A stretch of DNA of 64,000 bases from Allosphingosinicella sp. (GTDB lineage Bacteria; Pseudomonadota; Alphaproteobacteria; Sphingomonadales; Sphingomonadaceae). A program made the position numbers and the translations under genes. The stretch lies in assembly GCA_036399975.1 (NCBI GenBank), contig DASWLZ010000037.1, forward strand, positions 37,900 through 101,899, given 5' to 3'. The notes beneath the pieces were generated by a model, which was not told where the DNA came from, searched no databases, and saw only the letters and a list, made by a program, of their open reading frames with translations. Every line of letters begins with the position of its first letter. Position 1 is the first letter of the stretch. Of the stretch, positions 45,977 to 56,500 are shown piece after piece.

Positions 45977-46785
45977 AGGAAATGGGCCTGAGCTTCGTCG
46001 ACACCGGCTATTGCCGCCATCCCGAGCGGATGACGATCCGGGGCGGCGGCTGGCGCCCCGCCATCTACCCGGCGCTGGTCGGGGTGATCCGCCATCCCGA
46101 CGAAGGCACCATCCTGTTCGACACCGGCTACGACCCGCTCTTCATCGCCGCGACCGAGCCTTTTCCCGAGCGGCTCTACCGCTGGCTGACCCCGCCGACG
46201 ATCGTCAGCCCGGTCGCCGCGCGGGTGGACCCGTCCGAGGTTCGCCATGTCGTCCTCTCCCATTTCCACGGCGACCACGCCTCCGGCCTCCGCCGTTTCC
46301 CCACCGCACGGGTCCACTGCGCCCGCGCCGGCCTGCGCTCGGTCTGGGGCCGCGGCCGGATCCGCTCGCTGGTCGCGGGAACCCCGGCGAAGCTTCTCCC
46401 GGCCGATCTCCCGGACCGCTGCGCCTTCTTCGAGGATGCCCCGCGGGTCAGGCTGCCCACCGACTTCAAGCCGTTCGATGAGGGGACGGACCTGCTTGGC
46501 GACGGATCGCTCCTGGCGGTGCCGCTCCCCGGCCATTGCCCCGGCCATTGGGGCCTCGTACTTCGCGAGGCGCGCGGGCTCCACTTCCTCGTCGCCGACG
46601 CCGCCTGGTCGTCGCGGGCGATAAGCGAGCGCCGACCGCCGCCGCGAGTCACCAGCGCACTGCTCGGCGACACGCGCTCGGGTCGCGAGACTCTCGACCG
46701 GCTCCACCGGCTCGGCGCCCGCAATCCAGACCTCCTGATCACCCCGTCCCATTGCCCGGAGCGGGCCGCCGCGGAGTCGGCGTGA
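45973..46785 (+). CDS. Metallo-beta-lactamase-fold hydrolase
   Basis: LFDTGY, SHFHGDH, LPGH, ADA, PSH; ATGA coupling. Confidence 0.88.
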   Translation: MKEMGLSFVDTGYCRHPERMTIRGGGWRPAIYPALVGVIRHPDEGTILFDTGYDPLFIAATEPFPERLYRWLTPPTIVSPVAARVDPSEVRHVVLSHFHGDHASGLRRFPTARVHCARAGLRSVWGRGRIRSLVAGTPAKLLPADLPDRCAFFEDAPRVRLPTDFKPFDEGTDLLGDGSLLAVPLPGHCPGHWGLVLREARGLHFLVADAAWSSRAISERRPPPRVTSALLGDTRSGRETLDRLHRLGARNPDLLITPSHCPERAAAESA

Positions 46786-47927
46786 CCCGCATCCTGGTCA
46801 CCGGGGCGCGCGCGCCCGTCGCCCTCGATCTGGCGCGCGCCTTCCGGGCCGCCGGTTGCGCGGTGTCGCTGGCCGATTCGGTCCGGCCGTTCGCCGCGGC
46901 CCTCTCGCGCCCGCGCTTCGAGATCGAGCGGCTGCCGGCGCCGCGCTTCGACTTCCCCGCCTTCAGCGCAAGGATGCGGATCCTGGCGGAGCGATTCGAG
47001 CTGATCGTGCCGACCTGCGAGGAGGTGTTCTGGCTCGCTGCGGCGGCGGCCCGCGACGGCTGGTCAGAACGCCTGTTCGCGCCGGCTCCGGAGTGGCTCG
47101 CCCGTCTCCATTCCAAGGCCCTGTTCCCCGATCTCGCCCGGTCCGTCGGAATCCCGGCGCCGGAGACGACCCCCCTCGCCTCTCCGGCCGATCTGCGGCG
47201 CCTGCCCTGCCTATCCGAGTCTCTCGTCCTCAAGCCGGAATATTCGCGCTTCGGGGCCCGGACCCTCGTGGCCCCCTCCCCTCGTCAGCGGGCCCGCCTG
47301 TCGCCGGGCCCGGGTCGGCGCTGGGTCGCGCAGGAGCGGATCGAGGGCGATGAGCTCTGCGTCTGGTCGGCCGTTCGGGGTGGCGAGCTGGTCGGCTACG
47401 TCGCCTACCGGCCGCTCCTCCGCCACGGCCGGGCGGCCTCTTATGCCTTCGAGGCGGTCGACCGGCCGGACCTTCGCGACATGGCGGCCCGGATCGGCCG
47501 GGCCGTCGGAGGCGACGGCCAGCTTTGCTACGACGTCATCGTGACCGCCGCCGGGCGGGCGATCCCGATCGAGTGCAACCCGCGCTCCGTGAGCGGGATC
47601 CACCTGTTCGACTCCTCGCCCGAACTCGCTCTCGCGATGCTGAAGGGCAGCCCGCTCGAGCCGCCCAAAGCCGGCACGATCCGTTATCTCTCGCCGGCCA
47701 TGGCGGTGATGGGGCTTCCCGCCGCTCTGGCCGGAGGCTCGCTTCGACGCTGGCGGCAAGTGGCGAGGCGGGGCGAGGATTGCGTCGGCCGGCGCGGGGA
47801 CCGCAGGCCCGTCGCCGGCGTCGTGCTCGATGCCGCCCGCTTCGCCCTTGTCGGCCTCGCCCGGATGCGCAGCCCGACCGGCCAGACGACGGACGACATC
47901 GAATGGAACGGGGAGCCGATCGGGTGA
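46782..47927 (+). CDS. ATP-grasp domain protein
   Basis: TGARAPVALDLAR, PTCEEVF, LHSK, LKPEYSRFG, QERI.G, IECNPR. Confidence 0.8.
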   Translation: MTRILVTGARAPVALDLARAFRAAGCAVSLADSVRPFAAALSRPRFEIERLPAPRFDFPAFSARMRILAERFELIVPTCEEVFWLAAAAARDGWSERLFAPAPEWLARLHSKALFPDLARSVGIPAPETTPLASPADLRRLPCLSESLVLKPEYSRFGARTLVAPSPRQRARLSPGPGRRWVAQERIEGDELCVWSAVRGGELVGYVAYRPLLRHGRAASYAFEAVDRPDLRDMAARIGRAVGGDGQLCYDVIVTAAGRAIPIECNPRSVSGIHLFDSSPELALAMLKGSPLEPPKAGTIRYLSPAMAVMGLPAALAGGSLRRWRQVARRGEDCVGRRGDRRPVAGVVLDAARFALVGLARMRSPTGQTTDDIEWNGEPIG

Positions 47928-48997
47928 GCCGGGCGATGCTCGAGGCGATGGTCGCCGCCGGGCCGGAGACGATGATCGCCAACGTATCCACCGAGCTCGC
48001 CGCCCTCGAGGTCGCGGGGCGGCCGATGCCCGTCACCCGCGACGACGGCCGGCTGGGCGGAAGCTACGTCTGCAGCCCGCACAGCGCCTACGTCCTCTAC
48101 GCCTGCCAGGAGCTGGGAATCGTCGGCGCGGGCTGGATGGCGCCCCCGGCGCGCGCCGCCCTCGCCGGCCTCGACCTCCTGCTCCGCGGCGCGCGGATCA
48201 ACCGGATCGTCCATCTCGGCAACTGGATGCTCTCGACCAACCTGCACGGCGGTTGGAAGGGCGAAGGGGTCGCCGCCGCGCGCGAGGCTCTGGTCGAGTC
48301 CAATCCCGATCACCTCCTCGGCATCCGCTCGGTCGACGACTGGTCGTCGCCGGGTCTTCGAGCCGCCCTGGTCGCCGACGGCTGGATCCTGACTCCCAGC
48401 CGCCAGATCTGGGTGGCGGACGATCTGCGGAGCGACTGGCTGCCCCGCCACAACCATGAGAACGACCGCCGCCTCATCGACCGGAGCCCGCTCGTCATGG
48501 CCGATCTGGAGGAGGTCGGTGACGCAGATTCGCGGCGGATCGCCGAACTTTATGCGATGCTGTACGTCGGGCGCTATTCGGTGCTCAACCCGATCCTCAC
48601 CCCGGCCTTCGTCCAGGCCTCCGCCCGCACCGGAATGATCCGCTACCGGGTGGCCCGCGATCCGGAGGGCGTCATCATGGCGGTCGCAGGGATGTGGAGC
48701 GAGGACGGGATCATGACCCCGCCGGTCGTCGGCTATGACACGGCCCGGCCTCGCCGCGAGGGGCTCTACCGCATCGCGACCTGGATGTTCATGGAGAGGG
48801 CGCTGGAGTCGGGCTGGAGGCTCCACGCCTCGGCCGGGGCGGCGCATTTCAAGCGGCAGCGCGGGGCAAGAGGAGTGATCGAATGGAACGCCTATCACGC
48901 CCGGCACCTGCCGCGCCGGCGGCGGCTCGCGGTGGAGGCGCTGGCGGCGATCCTGACCCGATTCGCCGTTCCGATGATGGTCGCCAAGGGATGGTGA
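47924..48997 (+). CDS. GNAT/FemAB-like hypothetical protein
   Basis: NWMLSTNL, LY..LY..RYS.LNP, P.VGYD, GLYR, SAGAAHFKR.RGA; GTGA coupling. Confidence 0.65.
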   Translation: MSRAMLEAMVAAGPETMIANVSTELAALEVAGRPMPVTRDDGRLGGSYVCSPHSAYVLYACQELGIVGAGWMAPPARAALAGLDLLLRGARINRIVHLGNWMLSTNLHGGWKGEGVAAAREALVESNPDHLLGIRSVDDWSSPGLRAALVADGWILTPSRQIWVADDLRSDWLPRHNHENDRRLIDRSPLVMADLEEVGDADSRRIAELYAMLYVGRYSVLNPILTPAFVQASARTGMIRYRVARDPEGVIMAVAGMWSEDGIMTPPVVGYDTARPRREGLYRIATWMFMERALESGWRLHASAGAAHFKRQRGARGVIEWNAYHARHLPRRRRLAVEALAAILTRFAVPMMVAKGW

Positions 48998-49989
48998 GGC
49001 CCTGGCCCGCCGCCGTCGCCGCCGGCTGGCACCCGGTCGCCTTCTCCGAGCGGGTGACCAGCCGCCGCCCGGTGGCCGGCCGGCTGATGGGGCGCCGGCT
49101 GGCGATCGCTCGCGACGGGTCGGGCGCCTTCGTTCTGGAGGACCGCTGCCCGCATCGCGGCGCGCCTCTGTCCCGGGGCCGGATGAGTGGCGGAGGAATC
49201 GCCTGCCCCTATCACGGCTGGACCTTCGGCCGCGGCGGCAAGTGCCTCTCGGTGCCGGGATCCGACGAACTCGGAGCCGCCGCCCGGGCGCTTCCCTCGG
49301 TCGAGCGGGCCGGGCTGGTCTGGACGTCGCTGGCGGCGAGCCCGGGCCCCTTCCCGCAACTGCCCGCCGCCATGGAGGCGCCTGAGCTCGACCGCTTCTG
49401 GTGGCCGCTCCCTGCCAGCCGCGCCGGGCTGCTCGACGCGGTCGAGAATCATCTCGATCCTGCCCACCCGCACCACGTCCACCCGTGGATGGTGAGATCG
49501 CCCAGCCGCCGCCGCCCGGTCGAGGTGGTCGTCCGCTCGGGGGCGTGGGGTGCCGAAGCCGTCTATCATGAGCGATCGCGGCCGACGGGCCTGATGCCGC
49601 GCCTGCTGGAAGGCCGGCGGGCGCTCAGCATCGGCCGGCTCTACCCGCCGACCATCGCCGAGGTCGCCTTCGAAGGCGCCTGCGGCCTCAGCTTGTCGGT
49701 CGCCGTCGTCTTCGGGCCCGAGGACCATGGCCTCACCCGCCCCTGGGCTCATTTCGCGACCCCGCGCGGCCGGGCGCCTGCCTGGGCGAAACGCTGGATC
49801 CTCAAGGCCTTCCACCGCCCGGTCCTGAGCCAGGATCGGCAAATCCTCGCCCTCCAGGAAGAATGGCGGGGCGACGATCCTCCCGCTTATGCGACAGGCC
49901 CGCTCGACGTCATCGGCCCCACCCTCTGGCGCCTCGCCAACGGCCTTCCCGAGCCCGAGCGCGAGCGGACGATTCAAATGGCGCTTTGA
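48991..49989 (+). CDS. Rieske non-heme iron oxygenase alpha subunit
   Basis: CPH...CPYH Rieske ligands; ENHLDPAH...VH and QD mononuclear iron motif. Confidence 0.88.
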   Translation: MVRPWPAAVAAGWHPVAFSERVTSRRPVAGRLMGRRLAIARDGSGAFVLEDRCPHRGAPLSRGRMSGGGIACPYHGWTFGRGGKCLSVPGSDELGAAARALPSVERAGLVWTSLAASPGPFPQLPAAMEAPELDRFWWPLPASRAGLLDAVENHLDPAHPHHVHPWMVRSPSRRRPVEVVVRSGAWGAEAVYHERSRPTGLMPRLLEGRRALSIGRLYPPTIAEVAFEGACGLSLSVAVVFGPEDHGLTRPWAHFATPRGRAPAWAKRWILKAFHRPVLSQDRQILALQEEWRGDDPPAYATGPLDVIGPTLWRLANGLPEPERERTIQMAL

Positions 49990-50165
49990 AGGGCCTCCTC
50001 GTCGGTTATCATGGGCAGTGCGCCGGGAGTCCTCGAGCGACCCAAAAAAAGCAGCTCTGTCATCACTTGGACCCCTCTATGTCCGAACGGCAAAGCGACC
50101 CGCCTCCGCTCGCTGCAGCAATATATTTGCGACGGCCGACTCTGCGCTTGGAAGGCATCCTTGTT

Positions 50166-50195
50166 CCCTTATAAGTGACTAGTCACTTATAAGGG
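50166..50195. promoter_or_regulatory. Perfect 30-bp AT-rich palindrome (putative operator)
   Basis: CCCTTATAAGTGACT|AGTCACTTATAAGGG, 7 nt before the ATG at 50203. Confidence 0.7.
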
Positions 50196-50202
50196 TGAGT
50201 CG

Positions 50203-50763
50203 ATGCCGGAAATGAAGACGATCGAGATCGACGTTGAGGTCAATGCAGCCATCGAGAACGGCCGCAAGTCGTTCAAGGAGGGGGCGAACGACATACTCCG
50301 TCGGCTCCTCCTCGAGCGGTCCCCGGAGGAAGCCACGATCGGGGTCCGTCAGCGCCAGACAGGGAGCCGGAATGTGTTCTTCGACCCGCCGTCAAATCCG
50401 GGCGAGCGGATTACCGGCCGCTGGACCGTCCAAGTGGAAGGACGGACCGTGCCCGCTCCAAGCCTGAAAGCGGCTTACCGTTCGCTGCTCCTGCTCCTCC
50501 ATGAACGCGACCCCAATTTTCTCACCGCTTTCTCGAAGGAAGCCGCCCGGGCGCGACGTTTTGTTGCGCGGGATCCCGAGGCCCTTTACTTGGCTTCGCC
50601 GAAGCTGGCGAAGGAGCACGCAAAGCCCCTCGCGGACGGCTGGCATTTCGATACTAATCTTTCGACTGACCAGGTCGCCCGCCGCGCCCGAATTGCCGCC
50701 CGGTTGGCGGGGCTGAAATACGGCAAGGACGTGCGCGTCCTGAACAATTTCGAGGAAATCTGA
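50203..50763 (+). CDS. SeqA-like DNA-binding protein
   Basis: N-terminus MKTIEIDVEV..AI..G....E.ANDILRRLL resembles E. coli SeqA [33 protein letters not shown]; C-terminal R.FVA.D.E.L ... W..DTN.ST resembles SeqA R.YFA.DEQTL ... WVITNTNT; 186 aa, similar in size to SeqA. Confidence 0.6.
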   Translation: MPEMKTIEIDVEVNAAIENGRKSFKEGANDILRRLLLERSPEEATIGVRQRQTGSRNVFFDPPSNPGERITGRWTVQVEGRTVPAPSLKAAYRSLLLLLHERDPNFLTAFSKEAARARRFVARDPEALYLASPKLAKEHAKPLADGWHFDTNLSTDQVARRARIAARLAGLKYGKDVRVLNNFEEI

Positions 50764-50835
50764 CCCGCCGACAGCTCCTGGCGGACGATCGCCCCACGGC
50801 CTGTGCACCGGGCTGCATGTCCAGCGGAGGCCGGT

Positions 50836-52113
50836 TCATCTAGCAGGGGACCGCCCAACCCGCTCCCGCTCGACCCGGCGGAGCTTGCGGTCGAGCCTGA
50901 GAGGGAGGCCCCGCTCGACCTCGACGAGCGGGTCGGCCCCGAGCCGGACGAGCGCTTTTAGGAGCGACTCGCGCGCCGCTTCGTAGGCGCCGTCCGGCAG
51001 GCCTTCGGCAAGCCTCACCACCACCCTGCCGTCGAGCCTCTGGACGATCCGGAAGTCGGCGATGCCCGGGTGGGCGTCGACCACGGCGTTGCGAAGCACG
51101 TCCGGGGTGGCGACGATCCGGCGGCCGCCTTGGTCGAACTCGAACAGATCGTCGGTACGGCCGTGCACCCGGGCCACCGGCCGGAAGGCGGAGCCGCAGG
51201 GGCAGGGCTCGTCAGACAGCTCGAGCAGGTCGTTCATCCGGTAGCGGATCATCGGCTGGACGCGCCGAACCAGATCGGTGACCACGGGCACGAGCAGCGG
51301 CCCGCCGCCGGGCGCCGGCTCCCACTCGAAGCGGACGACGTCCTCGGCGAGATGAAGCGTGCCGTGGCGGCAGGCGACGGCGAACAGCCCCTCGGTCGCC
51401 ATGTAGATCTCGCGCACCGGCCTTCCCGTCGCCGACTGGACGACCCGGCGGTCGAGCGGGTCGAGCACCTCGGCGCCGCTGAACGCCTCGACTCCGGCGA
51501 GCGCCCCCTCCTCCGCGAGCTGCCGGAGGATCTTGGGCGGGGCGACAAGGGTGTCGGGCGCGAAGGCGGCGAGGGCGTCCCGCCACGCCGCGACGCCCTC
51601 CGCGAGGTCGAAAAAGGCGAGCTTCACCCGGCTGCCCTGCGGGGCCGACCGGTAGAGCGAGGAGAAACCGGGCAGGGCGAGAGCGACCCGCCGCCGCAGG
51701 AAGAGCGCGTCGGGGATCGCCTTGGCGACGATGGTGCCGAGCCATTCGAAACGCTCGGCCGCCGAGATCACGAACCGGCCGCGATTGCCGCTCGTCCCGG
51801 TGCTCTGGCCGACATAGAGGCCGCGAGCGGTCTCCTCGCCGGACTCTATGGCCCGGACCACCTCGGCAAGCGGCACCCCCGCCCGGTTGAAATCGGCGAA
51901 GGCGCCTTGCTGGACCGCCTTGTCGATGACCGGCATGTCCTCGAAGCGCGGCCCCTTGTCGCGGTAGAAGGGAATCGCCGCCCGGCTATCCTCGAGCAGC
52001 CGCTCGGTGGCGCGGGTCTGGTAACGCTCGATCCGCTCGCGCGAGGTCAGGGTGCTGGTCAGCCACCTCGTCCGGGCATAAGCGGTGAGGGCGCGCATTT
52101 GCGGCGGGATCAT
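50836..52113 (-). CDS. Coenzyme F390 synthetase / PaaK-like adenylate-forming enzyme
   Basis: GQSTGTSGNRG.F P-loop, APP, EIYMATEG, IRYRMND, GRTDD. Confidence 0.85.
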   Translation of the reverse strand: MIPPQMRALTAYARTRWLTSTLTSRERIERYQTRATERLLEDSRAAIPFYRDKGPRFEDMPVIDKAVQQGAFADFNRAGVPLAEVVRAIESGEETARGLYVGQSTGTSGNRGRFVISAAERFEWLGTIVAKAIPDALFLRRRVALALPGFSSLYRSAPQGSRVKLAFFDLAEGVAAWRDALAAFAPDTLVAPPKILRQLAEEGALAGVEAFSGAEVLDPLDRRVVQSATGRPVREIYMATEGLFAVACRHGTLHLAEDVVRFEWEPAPGGGPLLVPVVTDLVRRVQPMIRYRMNDLLELSDEPCPCGSAFRPVARVHGRTDDLFEFDQGGRRIVATPDVLRNAVVDAHPGIADFRIVQRLDGRVVVRLAEGLPDGAYEAARESLLKALVRLGADPLVEVERGLPLRLDRKLRRVERERVGRSPAR

Positions 52114-52137
52114 GCTGGCGGCGCCCCGAGTCCCGCC

Positions 52138-53418
52138 TCAGTGCCGGCGGGCCAGCCAGGGCGGCGCCCTGTAATCGTCCAGAAGGTCTTCCGGCCCCCG
52201 CCTCTCGCGCACCACCGCCCAGTCCGGGCCGTTGACCAGAACCTCCGGAGTCAGCGGCCGGGAATTGTAGGTGCTGCCCATGGTCGCGGCATAGGCGCCC
52301 GCGGTCCGGATGATCATCAGCTCGCCGGCCTGGACCCGGTCGATCTCCCGGGAGCGGGCAAAGGTGTCGCCGGTCTCGCAGATCGGCCCGACGATGTCGG
52401 CGAGCATCGGCTCTCCCCTGGGAACCACCGCTTCGGCGGAATGCCAAGCGTCGTAGAGGCTCGGCCGCATCAGGTCGTTCATCCCCGCGTCGACGATCAC
52501 GAAGGGCACGGACGGTCCCGGCTTGACCCGGATCACGCTGGTCAGAAGCACCCCGGCATCGCCGACGAGGAGCCGGCCGGGCTCGAAGATCAGCCGGGCG
52601 TCCCAGCCCCGGGTCGCCCGGACGACCATCTCGCCATAATCGGCGGGGGTCGGCGGCGCTGAGGCGGCCGGATCGTAGGCCAGGCCGAGGCCTCCGCCCA
52701 AGTCGGCGGTGCGGATGTCGTGGCCTTCGGAGCGAAGCCGCCGGATCAGCTCGCCGAGCCGGCCGAAGGCCGCCTCGAGCGGAGCCAGGCTGGTCAGCTG
52801 GCTTCCGATATGGACGGCCACTCCGCCGAGGCGAAGGCCGGGCAGCGCCCGGATCCGGGCGCAGGCGCCGATGGCGTCGGCGATCGCCACCCCGAACTTG
52901 TTGTGCGCCGCGCCGGTGGAGATCTTGGCGTGCGATCCCGCCTCAACGTCAGGATTGACCCGGAGGGCAACGGTCGCCTCGAGCCCCATCGCCGTCGCCA
53001 CCTCCGACAGCATTTCGGCTTCGGGCACCGATTCGAGGTTGAACTGGCAGAGCCCGCCTTCCAGGGCGAGCGCCATTTCCGCGGCGGTCTTGCCGACTCC
53101 GGAAAAAACGATCCGCTCGGCCTCGACCCCGGCGGCCCTCGCGAGGCGATATTCGCCGCCCGAGACGACGTCGGCGCCGAGGCCCTGGCCGGCGAAGGTC
53201 GCAAGCACCGCCGGATTGGGGTTGGCCTTGACCGCATAAGCGATGAGCGGGTCGTCGAGCGGGGCGAGCGCCGACTTGAGCAGCCGGACCTGGCTCAGCA
53301 TCTTGCCCGCCGAATAGACGTAGACCGGCGTTCCCACCTCGCGAGCGATCAGTGGCAGAGGCACGTCCTCGCAATGGACCACGCCGTCGCGAAGCGGGTA
53401 AGGATCCTCAAGCTGCAT
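52138..53418 (-). CDS. lysA: Diaminopimelate decarboxylase
   Basis: YAVKAN PLP lysine, DVVSGGE, H.KISTG...KFG, HIGSQ, EPGR, GPICETGD, GAY. Confidence 0.93.
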   Translation of the reverse strand: MQLEDPYPLRDGVVHCEDVPLPLIAREVGTPVYVYSAGKMLSQVRLLKSALAPLDDPLIAYAVKANPNPAVLATFAGQGLGADVVSGGEYRLARAAGVEAERIVFSGVGKTAAEMALALEGGLCQFNLESVPEAEMLSEVATAMGLEATVALRVNPDVEAGSHAKISTGAAHNKFGVAIADAIGACARIRALPGLRLGGVAVHIGSQLTSLAPLEAAFGRLGELIRRLRSEGHDIRTADLGGGLGLAYDPAASAPPTPADYGEMVVRATRGWDARLIFEPGRLLVGDAGVLLTSVIRVKPGPSVPFVIVDAGMNDLMRPSLYDAWHSAEAVVPRGEPMLADIVGPICETGDTFARSREIDRVQAGELMIIRTAGAYAATMGSTYNSRPLTPEVLVNGPDWAVVRERRGPEDLLDDYRAPPWLARRH

Positions 53419-53466
53419 AACTTCAGACCGGCTCCTGTCGTTCGCCCCAATTAGGCCGTGTCGCGC

Positions 53467-53503
53467 AAAACAAAGGCCGCGGCCTGCCTCGGCCGCGGCC
53501 TCC
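53467..53503 (-). terminator. Rho-independent terminator after the TonB receptor
   Basis: Minus strand: AGGCCGCGGCC-GAGGCA-GGCCGCGGCCT followed by TTGTTTT. Confidence 0.65.
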
Positions 53504-53538
53504 GTTCGTGGCCGAACCGTCCGATCCGGGCCCGGCCG

Positions 53539-56500
53539 CTAGCGCAGCTGGAGCCGGATCCCCGCCCGGAAGGTGCGCCCGAGCAGATCGCTGAACGTGC
53601 TGTTCGCCGCGAGACCGGTTTCGGGAAGGAGCAGCGCGCCCTTGTTGAACAAATTGGTGACGTTGAAGAAGAACTCGCCGTCGCCGCCCATCGCTCCGAA
53701 CTTCACCGTCGCGTTGAGGTCGACATAGAAGGTCCCCTTGACGTCGAGATCCTCGTACGTCGGGAACTGGGTCTCGATGGCGGGAGGGCGGCCCGTCGGG
53801 CAATTGGTCTGGCACTCGACTCCGCCGGCGGTATATTTGCCGGCGCTCACCCCGCGCCCGACGGCCGTGATCGAGTAAGTCGGCGTGTCGTAGCCTGCGC
53901 TCACCCGGAAGATCCAGCTGGGCGTGCTGTACTGGCCGCCGTTGATGCCGGCGGCATCGAGCGGGATCTGGCCCGGGATTCCGAAGTCGGTGATGTTGTC
54001 GATATAATGGGTCGCGAGGCCGCGCAGCGTGAAGCTGCCGTTCCCGGCGCGGGAGAACAGGTCGCTCAGCCGCCGCCGGTACGAGGCCTCGAAGTCGATC
54101 CCGCGAACCAGCTTGCTGGCGAAGTTGAACGGCTGGTTGCGGAACAGGACCCGCGAGGCGTTGTTCGGATCCTGGGTGATGGCGTCGCAGAAATCCTGAT
54201 TTCCCTGCTGGCAGAAATTGATGATGTTCTGGGCGGTGAGGATGTCGATCACATCCTCCATCTCGATGCGGAAATAATCCACGGAGGCGCTGAACCCGGG
54301 CAGGAAGCGCGGCGAGATGACTCCGCCGATGTTCCACGAATCCGCCTTCTCGACCGACAGGTTCGGATTGCCGGTCGCGTTCTGCGAATAGGAGATGCTC
54401 GCCCCATAGGTGTTCCCCAGCGGTCCGACCCCGGGGAAGAACGGGTTGCTCACCGCATCGCTGTTCGCGGTGCCGGCCTGGAACAGCTCGTTGAGGTTCG
54501 GCGCTCGGATGTCGCGCGAGCGCGTGACGCGCAGGCGGATGTCCTCGATCGGCTGCCAGGTCGCGCCCGCGCGCCAGGTGGTCACGAAGCCCGAGCTCGA
54601 ATAATCGGTCGCCCGGACGGCGCCGTTGAACTCGAGCCCGAAGCCCAGCGGCACGACGGTCTCGAAATAGGCCTCCTTCACGTCATACCGGCCGTTGGTC
54701 GGCAGATAGTTGCCGACCGACCAGGCGTTGGCGGTGACCAGCTGCCCCGCCGCATTGGTGCTGACGACCGGCTGGAACTCGGTCGGGACGAAGCCCTTGA
54801 TCTTCTCCTCGCGATACTCGCCGCCGATCGCGATCGAGACGTCGCCGGCCCAGGTCGCGAAGGGGGAGAAGGAGAAGTTGGCGCCGGCGACGGTCTGCTC
54901 CACGACCTCGTCGCGATAGGGATCACCGAGCACGTAATCGATCGCCGCCGGGTTGGCGACGCCGAGGCCGAGCCGGTTGAGCGGCACGCAATTGGGATCG
55001 TTGTTGTTGGGGTTGGCGTCGGCGTTGATCCGGCAGACGATCGCGCTGGACGTGTTGCCGGGGACCGAGAAGACCGCGTCGGTAGCGGCGTTGATCCGCG
55101 CCGTGTGCATGATGTTGCGCAGCTGCTCGCGCAGGTCGGCGCGGCCGTATTGGGCGTAGACGTCCCAGTTCGCGCGCTCGCCGAAGGCCTCGAAATCGCC
55201 CTGGGCGCCGATCACGTAGCGCTGGACCTTGCGCCGGTTGTTGGCCGCCCTGAAGGGAAGATCGGCGGCCGTGGTCGCGACCGTTACCGTGTTGATCCCG
55301 GCGAGGGACCGCCCGGAAGCGTTGAAGGCGTTGATCAGGAAGGCGTTGTCGGCTTGGTAGGTGATCCCCGTGGCGAGGTTCGGGCCGGCGTTGAACAGGA
55401 CTTCCTGCCAATTGTACGAGGCTTCTGCGAACAGCTCGATCCCGTCGGAGACCTCGAAGCTCAGCCGGCCGAAGGCGCCGTGGCGGTCGTCCTCGGGATC
55501 GAGGCCGATGCGGCGCCCGCTGTCGTTGATTCGCCAGTCGCCGCCCTGGGTCAGGGTCGGCGCCGCGGCCCCGGTCGGCGACGGGAAGGTCAGCGCTCCA
55601 TATTGATATTGGAAGATCTGCCCGCCCTGGGCGAAGTACAGCCCGCGCAGCCGGTTCGCGAGGCCGCCGGTCGAACCGGTGATGAGGCCGCCCGGGGTCG
55701 AGTTGGCGGCGCCCACCTGCGTGCGGATCAGGTAACGGGGCGTGGTGGAGACTCCCGAGACCCAGGCGGGATCCTGGATCCGGACGTAGCCCGTATGGTT
55801 CCAGTCGCGATCGGTGGTGTCGAAGATCCCGTCGCGATGGGCGATCTCGGCGCTCAGCAGCAGATGGCCCCGGCCGCCGGCGAACGACAGGCCGCCCGCG
55901 GCCCCGAACGAATAGTTGAACCCGTCGCCATAGGTCGTGATCCCGCTGTCGGCCTGGATCTTCAGCCCCTCGTACTTCTTGTCGAGTATGAAGTTGACCA
56001 CGCCGCCGACGGCATCGGAGCCGTAGGTCGCCGAGGCGCCCCCGGTGACCACCTCGACGCGGTCGATGAGCAGCTGCGGGATGGTGTTGACGTCGACGAG
56101 GCCGGTGATGGTCGAGGCGACCGAGCGCCGGCCGTCGAGCAGCACCAGGGTCCTGACCTCGCCGAGGTTGCGCAGGTTGAGCGCGTTGATTCCCGCCTGT
56201 CCGCTGCTCAGGTTGAGGCGCGAGTTGGACGGCCGGGTCGATCCGGCCAGCGACGGCAGCTGGTTGACGAAGTCGGCGATGTTGTTCGACGGCGACGTAT
56301 TGTCGATGTCCTCGCGGGTAAGCACGGTCAGCGGGGTCGGCGCCTGATAGCCGTCGCGGACGATGCGGGTGCCGGTGACGACGATGTCCTCCCGATTCTG
56401 CACGTCCCCAGCGGCGGCTTCGGCCTCCGGAGCGGCGGCAGCGGCCGGCGCCGGCTCTTCCTCGACCGGAGCGGTCTGGGCGATCGCCGGCCCGGCGATC

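Noticed and set aside
45973-46785. Metallo-beta-lactamase resistance gene
   Set aside because: The HxHxDH motif is generic to the fold; no signal peptide; embedded in a biosynthetic operon
44034-52113. Canonical oleABCD olefin cluster
   Set aside because: No alpha/beta-hydrolase OleB and no OleC-type ligase; MBL and F390-like genes are present instead
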